Positions 12,147 through 22,881 are shown, numbered from the whole stretch's first letter. The stretch: 62,047 nt of DNA, filler included, from Actinomycetales bacterium (GCA_045807245.1; 3 parts of 3 records of this genome joined end to end with filler, not necessarily neighbours in it), one strand, 5' to 3'. The notes: generated from the sequence alone by a model not told the origin. A program made the numbers and translations.

Positions 12147-13467
12147 ACTTGCCCTGCTCATGGCTGGCACGCCCATGGGGGTCTTGCGCCAGAACTCGAA
12201 CGGCCCGTTGACGTTTCGGTACGACCGCGACTACGCCGCGAACCCGCGGGCGACCCCGCTCTCCTTGTCCATGCCCGTATCCGATGAGGACTTCCGAGGC
12301 CGCGCCCTGACGGCGTTTCTGTGGGGTCTACTTCCGGACAACAACGAGGTCCTGCAGCGTTGGGGAGCGCGGTACGGGGTGTCGGCCAACAACCCCTTCG
12401 CTCTCTTGGCAAACGTCGGGGAGGACTGCGCTGGGGCAGTGCAGTTCGTAGCCCCAGAACGGATAGCGAGTCTGTCCCCCGGGGGCGTGAGCTGGCTCGA
12501 AGAGAGTGACCTAGGTGACTGGGTGCGACAGCTTCGAGAAGATCCGGCCGCGTGGCTCCAAAGTGTCGAACAGGGGCAGTTCTCCCTGGCGGGTGCCCAA
12601 GCAAAATTCGCTGTTGCGTTTCATCGTGGTCGCTGGGGGCGTCCTTATGGAGCTGTTCCAACGACCCACATCGTGAAGCCAGCGTCCGGTCGTTTCGCGG
12701 ACCAGGAGCTCACCGAGCACCTGTCCCTCAGGCTTGCCGATGCATTGGGGATGGTGACTGCGGAGTCCTCGATCCACGAATTCGACGGCGAGCGGGTTGT
12801 TGTAGTGAAGCGCTACGACCGCCGCTTCGATGGCGGGCAGGTGAGAAGGATCCATCAGGAAGACCTGTGCCAGGCCCTCAAGGTGCAACCGTCCGGCAAG
12901 TATCAAAGCGACGGAGGGCCGAGTCCAAGGGACGTCGTGCGTCTCTTGCGCGGCGCGATCGCACCAAGCCGTGCGGACCAGGATGTGTGGCGATTCGTTT
13001 CTGCGTTGGCTCTCAATTGGGTAATAGCAGGCGCGGATGCGCATGCGAAGAACTATTCGTTGCTACTAGACGGAAGCCAGGTCCGCCTCGCCCCTCTCTA
13101 CGACGTTGTCAGCGGGCTCCCGTACTTCGGTGCCGGTAACGTTCGCACTCAGCGGCCTGGTCGACTCAACCCGGTAAACCTTCGCCTTGCCATGTCCATC
13201 GGCGGAACGGCCGTAGTCCGGGAGATTGACCGACTGGACTGGGTTCGCCTCGCGACGCAACTCCAGCTCGAAGCGGACCGCGTGATTGACCGAGTCGCCG
13301 ACATAGCCGACCGGGCCCCCGATGCCATGGCTGACGTCGTACGTCGTGAGTCTGCCTCGGAGTGGAAGAGCCGAATTCCGGGTCAGATGGTGGATGGAGT
13401 GGCGAAGCAGGCGGTGCGATGTCAGGAGGCCCTGCGGGGCCGTCCCCTTTCGGAAAGGCATCGGTAA
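12133..13467 (+). CDS. hipA: HipA-family Ser/Thr kinase toxin
   Basis: PLSLSMP, GLLPDN, FSLAGAQAK P-loop, IHQEDLCQAL, DAHAKNYS, LAPLYD. Confidence 0.93.
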   Translation: MPTRELALLMAGTPMGVLRQNSNGPLTFRYDRDYAANPRATPLSLSMPVSDEDFRGRALTAFLWGLLPDNNEVLQRWGARYGVSANNPFALLANVGEDCAGAVQFVAPERIASLSPGGVSWLEESDLGDWVRQLREDPAAWLQSVEQGQFSLAGAQAKFAVAFHRGRWGRPYGAVPTTHIVKPASGRFADQELTEHLSLRLADALGMVTAESSIHEFDGERVVVVKRYDRRFDGGQVRRIHQEDLCQALKVQPSGKYQSDGGPSPRDVVRLLRGAIAPSRADQDVWRFVSALALNWVIAGADAHAKNYSLLLDGSQVRLAPLYDVVSGLPYFGAGNVRTQRPGRLNPVNLRLAMSIGGTAVVREIDRLDWVRLATQLQLEADRVIDRVADIADRAPDAMADVVRRESASEWKSRIPGQMVDGVAKQAVRCQEALRGRPLSERHR

Positions 13468-13505
13468 CCGACGGGCTGACCGAGGCTGCGGCTTAGGCTT
13501 TGGCC

Positions 13506-15095
13506 ATGCCGGACACCATCGCGGACCCGCAGCACGACGTCACCGCGACGTACGCCGTCGCTCCATCCCTGGCCCGCCGGCTGGCCGCCCGCGTCGTCGC
13601 GGCTCCCGATGCGCCGACCCACACGGCCATGGCCCCGTTCACCGGCGCACCCGTCGCCGTCCTGCCGCTGTCGTCCCGCGCCGACGTCGAGACCGCCGTA
13701 CGCCGAGCCCGGGCGGCCCAACCGGACTGGGCCGCCGTCCCGCTCGCCGACAAGGCGCGCATCATGCTGCGCTTCCACGATCTCGTCCTGGACCGGCAGA
13801 GCGAGCTGCTCGACCTGATCCAGATCGAGTGCGGAAAGGCGCGCTTCCACGCGTTCGAGGAGGTCGCGGACGTCGCACTCGTGGCGCGGCACTACGCGCG
13901 ACGAACGGCCGGTTACCTACGCCCGCACCGGCGCGGGGGCCTGTTCCCGCTGCTGACCCAGGCGCGCGAGCTGCGCCATCCCAAGGGCGTCGTCGGCATC
14001 GTCGCGCCCTGGAACTACCCGCTGACGCTCGCCATCTCCGACGCACTCCCGGCGCTCATGGCCGGCAACGCCGTCGTCCTGCGACCCGACCAGCAGACAC
14101 CGCTCACCGCCCTGCTCGGGGTCGAGCTGCTGGTCGAGGCCGGCCTGCCCGAGCAGGCGCTTCAGGTCGTCCTCGGACCCGGTCCGGACGTGGGCCAGGC
14201 GGTCGTCGAGACGGCCGACTACATCTGCTACACCGGCTCGACCGCGACCGGCCGACAGGTCGCGCAGGTCGCGGCCCGCCGCCTGGTGGGTGTCTCGCTC
14301 GAGCTGGGCGGCAAGAACGCGATGTACGTCGCAGCCGACGCCAACCTCGAGCGTGCCGCCGAGGGAGCGGTGCGCGCGTGCTTCTCCGGCGCCGGGCAGC
14401 TGTGCGTCTCGATGGAACGGCTGGTCGTGCACGAGGCCGTGGCCGACGCGTTCCTGGACCGGTTCCTGGCGCGGGTGCGCGCGATGACGCTGAGCCCCGC
14501 CCTGGACTGGTCCGCCGACATGGGCACGCTGCTGTCGCCGGAGCAGCTGGCGACGGTGACCCGGCACGTCGAGGACGCACGGTCCAAGGGGGCGACCGTG
14601 CTGGCCGGCGGCCGTCCGCGTCCGGACCTCGGACCGCTGTTCTACGAGCCGACCGTACTGGCCGGCGTGACGACCGACATGGTGTGCCGGGACGAGGAGA
14701 CGTTCGGGCCGGTCGTGTCGGTCTACCGGGTCGGCTCGGACGACGAGGCGGTCGAGCTCGCGAACGACACGCCGTACGGGCTGAACGCGAGCCTCTGGTC
14801 GCGCGACGTGCGCCGGGGTCGTGCCCTCGCGGCGCGGATCAAGGCGGGCACGGTCAACGTCAACGAGGGCTACGCGCCGGCCTGGGGCAGTGTCGGTGCG
14901 CCGATGGGCGGCATGAAGGACTCCGGCCTGTCGCGACGGCACGGCGCCGAGGGCATCACCAAGTACACCGAGGTGCAGAACGTCACGGCCCAGTACGGGA
15001 TCGGTGTGGGCGCTCCGTTCGGCCTGTCCACCCGGAGCTGGGCCAAGGTCATGACGGTGGCGTTGAAGACGATGAAGCGCGCCGGCCTGAGGTGA
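13506..15095 (+). CDS. Succinate-semialdehyde dehydrogenase-like aldehyde dehydrogenase (GabD2 type)
   Basis: PWNYPL, YTGS, LELGGKN, AGQLCVS, EETFGPV. Confidence 0.88.
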   Translation: MPDTIADPQHDVTATYAVAPSLARRLAARVVAAPDAPTHTAMAPFTGAPVAVLPLSSRADVETAVRRARAAQPDWAAVPLADKARIMLRFHDLVLDRQSELLDLIQIECGKARFHAFEEVADVALVARHYARRTAGYLRPHRRGGLFPLLTQARELRHPKGVVGIVAPWNYPLTLAISDALPALMAGNAVVLRPDQQTPLTALLGVELLVEAGLPEQALQVVLGPGPDVGQAVVETADYICYTGSTATGRQVAQVAARRLVGVSLELGGKNAMYVAADANLERAAEGAVRACFSGAGQLCVSMERLVVHEAVADAFLDRFLARVRAMTLSPALDWSADMGTLLSPEQLATVTRHVEDARSKGATVLAGGRPRPDLGPLFYEPTVLAGVTTDMVCRDEETFGPVVSVYRVGSDDEAVELANDTPYGLNASLWSRDVRRGRALAARIKAGTVNVNEGYAPAWGSVGAPMGGMKDSGLSRRHGAEGITKYTEVQNVTAQYGIGVGAPFGLSTRSWAKVMTVALKTMKRAGLR

Positions 15096-16897
15096 CGGCA
15101 CAGGTGACGGCCCCGGAAGCGGGCAACGACGAGCAGTCACCGTACGACGTCGATGTTGCCGTCGTCGGTTCGGGTTTCGGCGGATCGGTTGCTGCCCTTC
15201 GCCTCTCCGAAAAAGGTTATGGGGTCACCGTTTTCGAGTCAGGCCGCCGCTTCGCGGACGATGAGTTCGCCCGGACGAGCTGGGACGTCCGCCGCTACTT
15301 CTGGGCTCCCCGGCTCGGGTGCTACGGCGTCCAGCGGATCCATCGGCTGCCCGACGTCGTCCTGTTGGCCGGAGCGGGCGTTGGCGGCGGCTCGCTGAAC
15401 TACGCCAACACGCTCTACGTGCCGCCCAAGGCGTTCTTCGACGACCCGCAGTGGCGGGGGATCACCGATTGGGCGGCCGAGCTGACCCCGCACTACGACC
15501 AGGCCGCCCGGATGCTCGGCGTCGTCGACAACCCCTGTGAGGGGCCGGTCGAGGAGATCATGCGAGCGGTGGCCGACGACATGGGGGTCGGCCACACCTT
15601 CCGCAAGACGCCCGTGGGTGTGTTCTTCGGTGAGGTCGATCCCGCGACCGGACAGCAGCGGCGCCAGCCGGGCGTCCTGGTCCCCGACCCGTTCTTCGGC
15701 GGAGCCGGTCCGGCCCGCACCGGCTGCACCGAGTGCGGCAACTGCATGGTGGGGTGCCGCGTCGGCGCGAAGAACACGCTCGTCAAGAACTACCTCGCGC
15801 TGGCCGAACGGCTCGGCGCGCGCATCGAGCCGATGCGGACGGTCGTCCACATCCGCCCGCTGGACCCGGCCCGCCCGGAGAGTGGCTACGCCGTGACGAC
15901 CGAGCGGACGGGGGCCTGGGTCCGCCGCGACCGGCGGACGGTGACCGCCGCGCAGGTCGTGCTCGGGGCGGGCACGTGGGGCACGCAGAAGCTGCTGCAC
16001 ACGTTGCGCGCCAACGGGTCCCTGCCGGAGCTGTCCCCGCGGCTCGGCGAGCTGACCCGGACGAACTCGGAGGCGCTGCTCGGCGCCGTGACCCGGCGGG
16101 TGCCCGCCGGCACCGACCTGGCCAAGGGCGTCGCGATCACGGCGTCGTTCCACCCCGACGCGGACACGCACGTCGAGAACGTGCGCTACGGCAAGGAGTC
16201 GAACTCGATGGGGCTGCTCGGCTCGCTGCTGGTCGACGGCGGCGGGCGGACGCCCCGCTGGACGCGCTGGCTCGGCCAGGTGGCGCGCCGGCCGGACAAG
16301 CTGGCCCGCACGCTCTGGGTCCGCCGCTGGAGCGAGCGGACGGTCATCGGCCTGGTCATGCAGTGCCTGGACAACTCGCTCACGGTGTCGACGCGGCCAC
16401 GCCGGATCGGCCGCGGCTTCACGTTGACATCGCGCCAAGGGCACGGCGAGCCGAACCCCACCTGGATCCCGGCCGGTCACCAGGCCGTACGCCGCCTCGC
16501 CGCGCGGTTGCAGGCCCGCACCGGAGTGACGGCCGACCCGGGCGGGACGATCGGGGACGTCGTCGACGTACCGATGACGGCGCACTTCTTGGGCGGCTGC
16601 GTCATCGGCGCGTCCGCCGAGACCGGGGTCGTGGACGCCTACCACCGCGTCCACGGCTATCCGGGCCTGCACGTGGTCGATGGGTCGGCGGTCTCGGCCA
16701 ACTTGGGGGTCAACCCCTCGCTCACCATCACCGCCCAGGCCGAGCGCGCGATGTCGTTGTGGCCCAACCGGTCCGAGCACGATCCCCGCCCGACGCCCGG
16801 CGCCGCCTACGTCCGGCTCGACCCCGTCGCACCGGCTCACCCGGCCGTTATCGACGGCGCCCCCGGGGCTCTGACGCCGACACCCCTCGTGCGTTAG
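15092..16897 (+). CDS. choD: GMC oxidoreductase, cholesterol oxidase ChoD-like
   Basis: VVGSGFGGSV, GVGGGSLNYANTLY, CTECGNCMVGC, TAHFLGG, NPSLTITAQAERA; GTGA overlap with upstream stop. Confidence 0.85.
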   Translation: MTAQVTAPEAGNDEQSPYDVDVAVVGSGFGGSVAALRLSEKGYGVTVFESGRRFADDEFARTSWDVRRYFWAPRLGCYGVQRIHRLPDVVLLAGAGVGGGSLNYANTLYVPPKAFFDDPQWRGITDWAAELTPHYDQAARMLGVVDNPCEGPVEEIMRAVADDMGVGHTFRKTPVGVFFGEVDPATGQQRRQPGVLVPDPFFGGAGPARTGCTECGNCMVGCRVGAKNTLVKNYLALAERLGARIEPMRTVVHIRPLDPARPESGYAVTTERTGAWVRRDRRTVTAAQVVLGAGTWGTQKLLHTLRANGSLPELSPRLGELTRTNSEALLGAVTRRVPAGTDLAKGVAITASFHPDADTHVENVRYGKESNSMGLLGSLLVDGGGRTPRWTRWLGQVARRPDKLARTLWVRRWSERTVIGLVMQCLDNSLTVSTRPRRIGRGFTLTSRQGHGEPNPTWIPAGHQAVRRLAARLQARTGVTADPGGTIGDVVDVPMTAHFLGGCVIGASAETGVVDAYHRVHGYPGLHVVDGSAVSANLGVNPSLTITAQAERAMSLWPNRSEHDPRPTPGAAYVRLDPVAPAHPAVIDGAPGALTPTPLVR

Positions 16898-16993
16898 GTA
16901 TCAAACCGCTCCCTCCCGGTGTCCTGGTCAACGGCAGAGACCCGCGCGCGAGCCGGGGACCCATGAAATCCAGGCCCTGATGAAGGAGTAGTC

Positions 16994-17449
16994 ATGAACA
17001 GACTCACCAAGACGGCATCGGCATTCGCCGCGGCCGGCCTGCTCGTCGGCGGTGTCGCCGCGGGCGGCGCCTTCGCCAAGACCACGTCCGGCGGCACGGC
17101 GCTGAACGTGCCAGATGGCAAGGCCTCGACGCTCACCGCCGCGGCCACAACGGTGCCGCAGCGGGTCTTCGCCGTGGTCAACGCCGACGGCACCAAGCTG
17201 CGCGGCAAGGCCGTAGCGTCGACCGCCCACCTCAGCTCCGGGGTGTACGACGTGCGGTTCAACCGCAACCTGTCCACCTGTGCCTGGACCGGGACGGTGG
17301 GCTTCGGGACCTTCAGTGGGTCGACCGGGCCATCGATGATCAGCATCAGCGGCCGGGCCGGCACGAACAACGGTCTGTTCGTCCAGACGTTCGACGCTGC
17401 TGGCACGCCGACCGACCTGCCGTTCTCCGCCATCGCGATCTGCTCGTAG
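16994..17449 (+). CDS. Secreted hypothetical beta-rich protein
   Basis: AAGGAG RBS; Sec signal peptide ending ...GGAFA; two Cys; GC3-rich codons. Confidence 0.8.
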   Translation: MNRLTKTASAFAAAGLLVGGVAAGGAFAKTTSGGTALNVPDGKASTLTAAATTVPQRVFAVVNADGTKLRGKAVASTAHLSSGVYDVRFNRNLSTCAWTGTVGFGTFSGSTGPSMISISGRAGTNNGLFVQTFDAAGTPTDLPFSAIAICS

Positions 17450-17479
17450 CCGGGACCGCCGGGCAGCTGTCAGCACCCG

Positions 17480-17521
17480 TGTCAGCACCTGGTGAGGGAT
17501 GGCCCTCACCAGGTGCTGACA
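17480..17521. terminator. Bidirectional terminator-like hairpin
   Basis: Perfect 19-bp inverted repeat TGTCAGCACCTGGTGAGGG/CCCTCACCAGGTGCTGACA between convergent genes. Confidence 0.75.
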
Positions 17522-17533
17522 AGGCGCTCGGGC

Positions 17534-19339
17534 TCAGCCCACGGGGTCGGTGGTGTCGGCCCGGTCGGGCTGGTGCTGCCAGGAACGCCACAAGGCGGCG
17601 TACGCACCGCCGGAGGCCAGCAGCTCGTCGTGGCTGCCGAGCTCGGTGATCTCGCCGTCCTCGACGACCGCCACCCGGTCAGCGTCGTGCGCGGTGTGCA
17701 GCCGGTGGGCGATGGCCACGACCGTGCGTCCCTCGAGGACGGCCGACAGGGTGCGCTCCAGATGCCGGGCGGCCCGCGGGTCGAGCAGCGAGGTCGCCTC
17801 GTCGAGGACCAGGGTGTGCGGGTCGGCCAGAACCAGCCGCGCGAGCGCCAGCTGCTGCGCCTGCGGCGGCGTGAGCTGCACACCACCCGCACCGACGTGC
17901 GTCTCCAGCCCGTCCGGCAGGGCGGTCGCCCAACCCAGCGCCTCGACCGAGCCCAGCGCGGCGGACAGCTGCGCGGTCGATGCTGCTGGGCGCGCGATCC
18001 GCAGGTTGTCGGCGAGCGTCCCGACGAACACGTGGTGCTCCTGGGTCACCAAGGCGACCGAACCGCGCAGGTGCTCCAGCGACAGGTCGACCAGCGGCAC
18101 GCCTCCGACGGTCACCCGTCCGGCGCGCGGCGGATGGATGCCCGCGAGCAGCCGCCCGAGGGTCGACTTGCCGGCGCCCGACGGCCCGACCATGGCCAGC
18201 CGCTCGCCCGGGGCGAGTGACAGGGAGACGCCGTGCAGGACGTCGTGGCCGTCGCGGTAGGCGAACGACGCGTCCCGGGCCTCGATCGACTCGTCCACCG
18301 GCACCGCACCCGACGGCGTGCGGTCCGGCGGGACCTTGGCCACGCCGATGATCCGGGCCAGCGACGAGGCCCCGACCTGCACCTCGTCTAGCCAGGAGAG
18401 CAGCTCGTCGAGCGGCTCGACCAGCTGCACGACGTACAGGGTCACGGCGGTCACCGAGGCGACGTCCGCGCGCCCGTGGAGCACCAGGAACCCGCCCCAC
18501 GACAAGCACAGCGAGACGGGCAGGAGGAATGCCAGGTCGACGGTGGGGAAGTAGATCTGGCGCAGGCCCAGGGTGTACCGCTCGATGCCGTACGCGGTGG
18601 CCAGGTCCCGGCGGGTCCGCGCGACGCGACGCTCGGACAGGCCCAGGGCGTCCACCGTGCGGGCGCCGTCGACCGACTCGGTGATGGTGCCGTTGAGCTC
18701 GGCGTACGCGGCCCGCTCGGCCAGGTACCCCTCGGGTGCGCGGCGCAGGTACCAGCGGGTCGACAGCCACAGGATGGGTACGCCGACGAAGACGGGCAGG
18801 GCGACGAGCGGGCCGGCCGTCAGCGTCGCGCCCACCGTGAGGACCGTCGTCACTGCGGCGACCAGGACGGACGGTACGGCGAAGCGCACCGTCTCCGAGA
18901 GCGCGTCGACGTCGTTCGTCGTGCGCGCCACCAGGTCGCCCGTGCCGGCGCGTTCGACCGTGGACAGAGGCAGGGCGAGCACCTGCCGGACGAACGTCTC
19001 GCGCAGCGTGGCGAACACGCGCTCACCCAGGACGAAGGAGGTGTAGCGCGCGTAGCGGGTCAGAACCGCCTGGAGCACGACGGCTCCCGCGAGCAGCAGG
19101 ACGAACCGGTCGGCGTCCGACGTGGTCAGCCGGTGGTCGCTGAGCAGCTGGACGAGATGCCCCAGCACGGGGGGAGCGATCAGGCCGGCGAGCGCGGCCA
19201 GGGCATGCAGCAGCAGGACGACGGTCATCGCGGTGCGGTGCTGCCGGAACAGCCGGCGCGCCTCGCTGCGCACTTCGGTGGAGGTGGCGACGGGCAGCCG
19301 TCCGCCCGGGCCGGGACTGGTCGGTACCGGGGCCACCAT
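17534..19339 (-). CDS. ABC exporter, fused TMD-NBD subunit
   Basis: TM domain, Walker A GPSGAGKST, degenerate signature LTPPQAQQ, LVLDEATS. Confidence 0.92.
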   Translation of the reverse strand: MVAPVPTSPGPGGRLPVATSTEVRSEARRLFRQHRTAMTVVLLLHALAALAGLIAPPVLGHLVQLLSDHRLTTSDADRFVLLLAGAVVLQAVLTRYARYTSFVLGERVFATLRETFVRQVLALPLSTVERAGTGDLVARTTNDVDALSETVRFAVPSVLVAAVTTVLTVGATLTAGPLVALPVFVGVPILWLSTRWYLRRAPEGYLAERAAYAELNGTITESVDGARTVDALGLSERRVARTRRDLATAYGIERYTLGLRQIYFPTVDLAFLLPVSLCLSWGGFLVLHGRADVASVTAVTLYVVQLVEPLDELLSWLDEVQVGASSLARIIGVAKVPPDRTPSGAVPVDESIEARDASFAYRDGHDVLHGVSLSLAPGERLAMVGPSGAGKSTLGRLLAGIHPPRAGRVTVGGVPLVDLSLEHLRGSVALVTQEHHVFVGTLADNLRIARPAASTAQLSAALGSVEALGWATALPDGLETHVGAGGVQLTPPQAQQLALARLVLADPHTLVLDEATSLLDPRAARHLERTLSAVLEGRTVVAIAHRLHTAHDADRVAVVEDGEITELGSHDELLASGGAYAALWRSWQHQPDRADTTDPVG

Positions 19340-21054
19340 CACTCCTCCTCTCCCCGCAGGACCACTGCCCGGTACCCGGGCGAGGTCTCCAGCAGCTCCT
19401 CGTGCGTGCCGGTCGCCCGCACCACGCCGTCCGCGAGGAACACCACGCGGTCGGCGTGGTCGAGCATCAGCGGGCTCGAGGTCATGACCACCGTCGAACG
19501 GCCGGTCCGGGCCTGGCGCAGCCGGGCGCCGATCCGGGCCTCGGTGTGCGCGTCCACGGCGCTGGTCGGCTCGACCAGCACCAGGGTGTCGGGATCGCGC
19601 AACAGGGCCCGGGCCAGCGCGAGCCGCTGCCGCTGGCCCCCGGACAGCGACCGGCCGCGTTCCTCGATCAGGCCGTCCAGTCCGTCCGGTGTCGCGTCCA
19701 CGGCATCCGCCGCGTTCGCGACCTCGATGGCCGCCCACAGCTCGTCGTCGCTGACGTCCCGGCCGGCCGCGCTGGACAGCTCGTCGCGCAGGATGCCGGT
19801 GAACAGCCGGGGCTCGGTCTCGCTGACCACGACGCGGTCGCGAACGGCCGACAACGGCAAGGCCGTCAACGGCACGCCGCCGAGCTCGACGCCGTCGGAC
19901 GAGCCGAACCGGCCCAGGCGGTCCGCGAGCGCCGCCGACTCCTCGGGCTCGGCGGTGACCACCGCCGTCAGCAGGCCCGGTTCGACGACGAGGCCTGTCT
20001 CCAGGTCGGCCAGCCCGGTCGCGGGTGCAGGCAAGGGTGCCGTCACCAAGGCATCGCCGACGGTGGGCTGCACCGACAGGACGCGGATGACCCGGCGGGC
20101 CCCGACGTACGCACGGGTCGCGCGCTCAGCCATCTCGACCGCGGTCGCCAGCGGCCCGACCAGGAACGCGGCGTACCCGTAGCAGGCGACGAGCTGGCCC
20201 GCGCTGATCCGGCCTTCGATCGCGAACCGGGCGCCGAGCCAGGTGATCAGGACGACGAAGACGCCGGGCAGCAGGACCTGGGCCGCGTCCATCACGGACT
20301 GGATCCGCGCCACCTGGATGCCCCGCTCGCGCACACGGCCGGACTGCTCCGCATAGCGCTCGGCGAAGACCGCCTCGCCGCCGATGCCGCGCAGGACGCG
20401 CAGCCCGGCGACGGTGTCGGCGCCGAGAGTGGTCAGCCGGCCGACCTGCTCGCGCTGGGCGCTCTGCCGGTGGTGCAGCGGCCGGATGAGCACGCTGAGC
20501 CCCATCGTGACGACCGGAACGCCGAGCAGGACCACCAGGCCGAGCGGCACGGAGGTGCGCAGCAGCACCACAGCGACGACGACGTACGAGGCAACGGCGC
20601 CGGTGAACCGCGCGCTCACGTCGTACATCCCGCCGATGCGCTGGGCGTCGCTCGCGACGGTGGCGACCACCTCGCCGGTCGGGATCTGGTTTGGGAGGGC
20701 CTCACCGGTCCGGGCCGCGTGGGTCCCGAGCAGCTGGATCATCCGGAAGGCCGCCTGCAGCCAGTTCGCGACTGCTGCGCGGTGGCGCATCATGCCGGCC
20801 AGGGCGGTGGTGACGGCCAGGCCCAGGACGGCTCCGGACCACCAGAGCAGCGCCGACAGGTCGTGGGCGACCACACCGTGGTCGATCGCCTTGCCGATGG
20901 TGGCGGGCATCAGGGCCTGGGCGACGAACCACAGGACGCCCCAGCTCATGCCGCTGAGGAGCGAGGTCCACTGCAGGCGCGCGACCCACAACAGCAACCG
21001 CCCCGGCGACCTCAGGTCGGGGCGGCCCGCGTCGTCGTAGGGCAGGGAACGCAC
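19339..21054 (-). CDS. ABC exporter, fused TMD-NBD partner subunit (degenerate Walker A/B)
   Basis: TM domain, LSGGQRQRLALAR, LVLVEPTSAVD; coupled to downstream gene; heterodimeric exporter pattern. Confidence 0.9.
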   Translation of the reverse strand: MRSLPYDDAGRPDLRSPGRLLLWVARLQWTSLLSGMSWGVLWFVAQALMPATIGKAIDHGVVAHDLSALLWWSGAVLGLAVTTALAGMMRHRAAVANWLQAAFRMIQLLGTHAARTGEALPNQIPTGEVVATVASDAQRIGGMYDVSARFTGAVASYVVVAVVLLRTSVPLGLVVLLGVPVVTMGLSVLIRPLHHRQSAQREQVGRLTTLGADTVAGLRVLRGIGGEAVFAERYAEQSGRVRERGIQVARIQSVMDAAQVLLPGVFVVLITWLGARFAIEGRISAGQLVACYGYAAFLVGPLATAVEMAERATRAYVGARRVIRVLSVQPTVGDALVTAPLPAPATGLADLETGLVVEPGLLTAVVTAEPEESAALADRLGRFGSSDGVELGGVPLTALPLSAVRDRVVVSETEPRLFTGILRDELSSAAGRDVSDDELWAAIEVANAADAVDATPDGLDGLIEERGRSLSGGQRQRLALARALLRDPDTLVLVEPTSAVDAHTEARIGARLRQARTGRSTVVMTSSPLMLDHADRVVFLADGVVRATGTHEELLETSPGYRAVVLRGEEE

Positions 21055-21198
21055 AAGGCTCCACGCTAGAGACTGGGACCCCTGGGAAAAACAGGTTTTG
21101 GGCCTACCGGCGGACATGCACAACAAGCCCTCACGCGCACCGAGGGCGGCAAACCCCGCGTTGCGCCGGTCGGTCGGCGCGGCGGTTAGCGTTGAGGG

Positions 21199-22011
21199 GT
21201 GCCCGTTGGCCCGGTTTGGCGCACGGCCGCGCGACCCCGTTGGCTCGCGCTGCTCGGCGTCGTGCTGGTGCTGTGCGTCTCGTTCGGCTGGCTCGGGCAC
21301 TGGCAGCTCGACGTCGCCCGGTCCAAGGAGCACCCGCACCCCGCCGCTCCGAGCGGCGCACCCGTCTCCCTCGACCAGGTGACCCAGCCGCAGCAGGTGT
21401 TCCGGACCGGCATGCAGGGCCGGGTGGTGAGCGTCTCCGGCACCTACGACCAGACCCGGCAGGTGCTCGTCTCCGGCAAGCGGCTGGAGGGACGCGCTGG
21501 GTTCTGGGTGATGACGCCCCTGCGGACCGCCGGCGGAGCCTTGGTCCCGGTGGTGCGCGGGTTCGGGACGGGCTGGGTGGCCGGTGCGGGACCGGCACCC
21601 GCGGCGACCGACCCCCGCTATGCAGCGCCCCCCGGCGAGGTCTCGGTGACCGGTGTGCTGCAGGCACCGGAGCCGGGTGCCGACTCGGGCGGCGCACCGC
21701 CCGCAGGCACCGTTCCGGCGGCTGACACCGCAGACCTGGTCAACCTCTGGGGTGGCCCGATCTACAACGTGCTGCTGTTCGCGTCCGCGGGCCAGTCCGC
21801 GGCGCCGGGAGCCCTCGCGCTGTCGGCCGTGCCACCCGCGCCGGCCGACGAGGGTGGGGGGCTGGGCCTGCGCAACGCGGCGTACGCGCTGCAGTGGTGG
21901 CTCTTCGCAGCGTTCGCCGTTCTGCTCTGGTGGAAGATGGTGCGCCAGGACGCGCTCGACGAGGTCGCGCGCCAGATCTCCGCACCCCCGAAGGAGCTCA
22001 CCACCCGATGA
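21199..22011 (+). CDS. SURF1-family membrane protein
   Basis: N-terminal TM then LGHWQL; GFWVMTPL...VVRG; RNAAYALQWWLFAAF. Confidence 0.85.
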   Translation: MPVGPVWRTAARPRWLALLGVVLVLCVSFGWLGHWQLDVARSKEHPHPAAPSGAPVSLDQVTQPQQVFRTGMQGRVVSVSGTYDQTRQVLVSGKRLEGRAGFWVMTPLRTAGGALVPVVRGFGTGWVAGAGPAPAATDPRYAAPPGEVSVTGVLQAPEPGADSGGAPPAGTVPAADTADLVNLWGGPIYNVLLFASAGQSAAPGALALSAVPPAPADEGGGLGLRNAAYALQWWLFAAFAVLLWWKMVRQDALDEVARQISAPPKELTTR

Positions 22012-22364
22012 CCGCACCCGCGACGTCCCGCACCCGCCCGATCGGCGGTGCGCTGACCCGGTTCCGCGTGATGGCGATCGTCACGGGCACGGGGCTGGTC
22101 ATCCTGACCTTCGTCGGCATCCCGCTGCAGATCTGGGCCGACAACGACACGGTCGTCGCGATCGTCGGCACGGCGCACGGTTACCTCTACCTCGTGTATC
22201 TGGCGGTGACGGCCGACCTCGGGCTGCGGCTGCGCTGGCCCCTGCTGCGGATGCTGCTCATCGCGATCGCGGGGACCGTGCCGTTCTGCTCGTTCATCGC
22301 CGAGCGCAAGGTCACCCGGACGGTGCGCGCTGAACGACCGGCGCAGGGTCGGCAGATAGCCTGA
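22008..22364 (+). CDS. DUF3817-family membrane protein
   Basis: [39 protein letters not shown] overlap with the SURF1 gene. Confidence 0.8.
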   Translation: MTAPATSRTRPIGGALTRFRVMAIVTGTGLVILTFVGIPLQIWADNDTVVAIVGTAHGYLYLVYLAVTADLGLRLRWPLLRMLLIAIAGTVPFCSFIAERKVTRTVRAERPAQGRQIA

Positions 22365-22368
22365 GCCC

Positions 22369-22781
22369 ATGGCAGACGGCCCGGTCCTCGTCGTCGACTT
22401 CGGCGCCCAGTACGCCCAGCTCATCGCCCGCCGGGTCCGCGAGGCGGACGTCTACAGCGAGATCGTCCCGCACACCACGCCGGTCGCGGAGATGCTCGGC
22501 CGCCGGCCGGCGGCGATCATCCTGTCGGGGGGGCCCAGCAGCGTGTACGCCGAGGGTGCGCCCTCGGTCGACCGCTCATTGTTCGAGGCCGGTGTCCCGG
22601 TCCTCGGCATCTGCTACGGGTTCCAGGCGATGGCGCTGGCGCTCGGTGGCGACGTCGCGAACACCGGTCTGCGGGAGTACGGCGGCACGGTCGCCTCGGT
22701 CTCGCCGGCCGGGTCGACGCTGTTCGACGGGCAGCCGGCCGAGCAGTCGGTCTGGATGAGCCACGGCGACGCGGTGCACCG
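22369..22781 (+). CDS. guaA: GMP synthase (glutamine-hydrolysing), partial; truncated by gap
   Basis: [40 protein letters not shown]. Confidence 0.95.
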
Positions 22782-22881
22782 NNNNNNNNNNNNNNNNNNN
22801 NNNNNNNNNNNNNNNNNNNNNNNNNTTAATTAATTAANNNNNNNNNNNNNNNNNNNNNNNNNNNNNNNNNNNNNNNNNNNN
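22782..22881. other. Artificial contig linker
   Basis: 100 nt of N with TTAATTAATTAA (stops in all six frames). Confidence 0.97.

Noticed and set aside
22782..22881. TTAATTAATTAA palindrome within N runs (also 37115-37214)
   Set aside because: Assembly linker with stops in all frames; gene adjacency across these points is not biological
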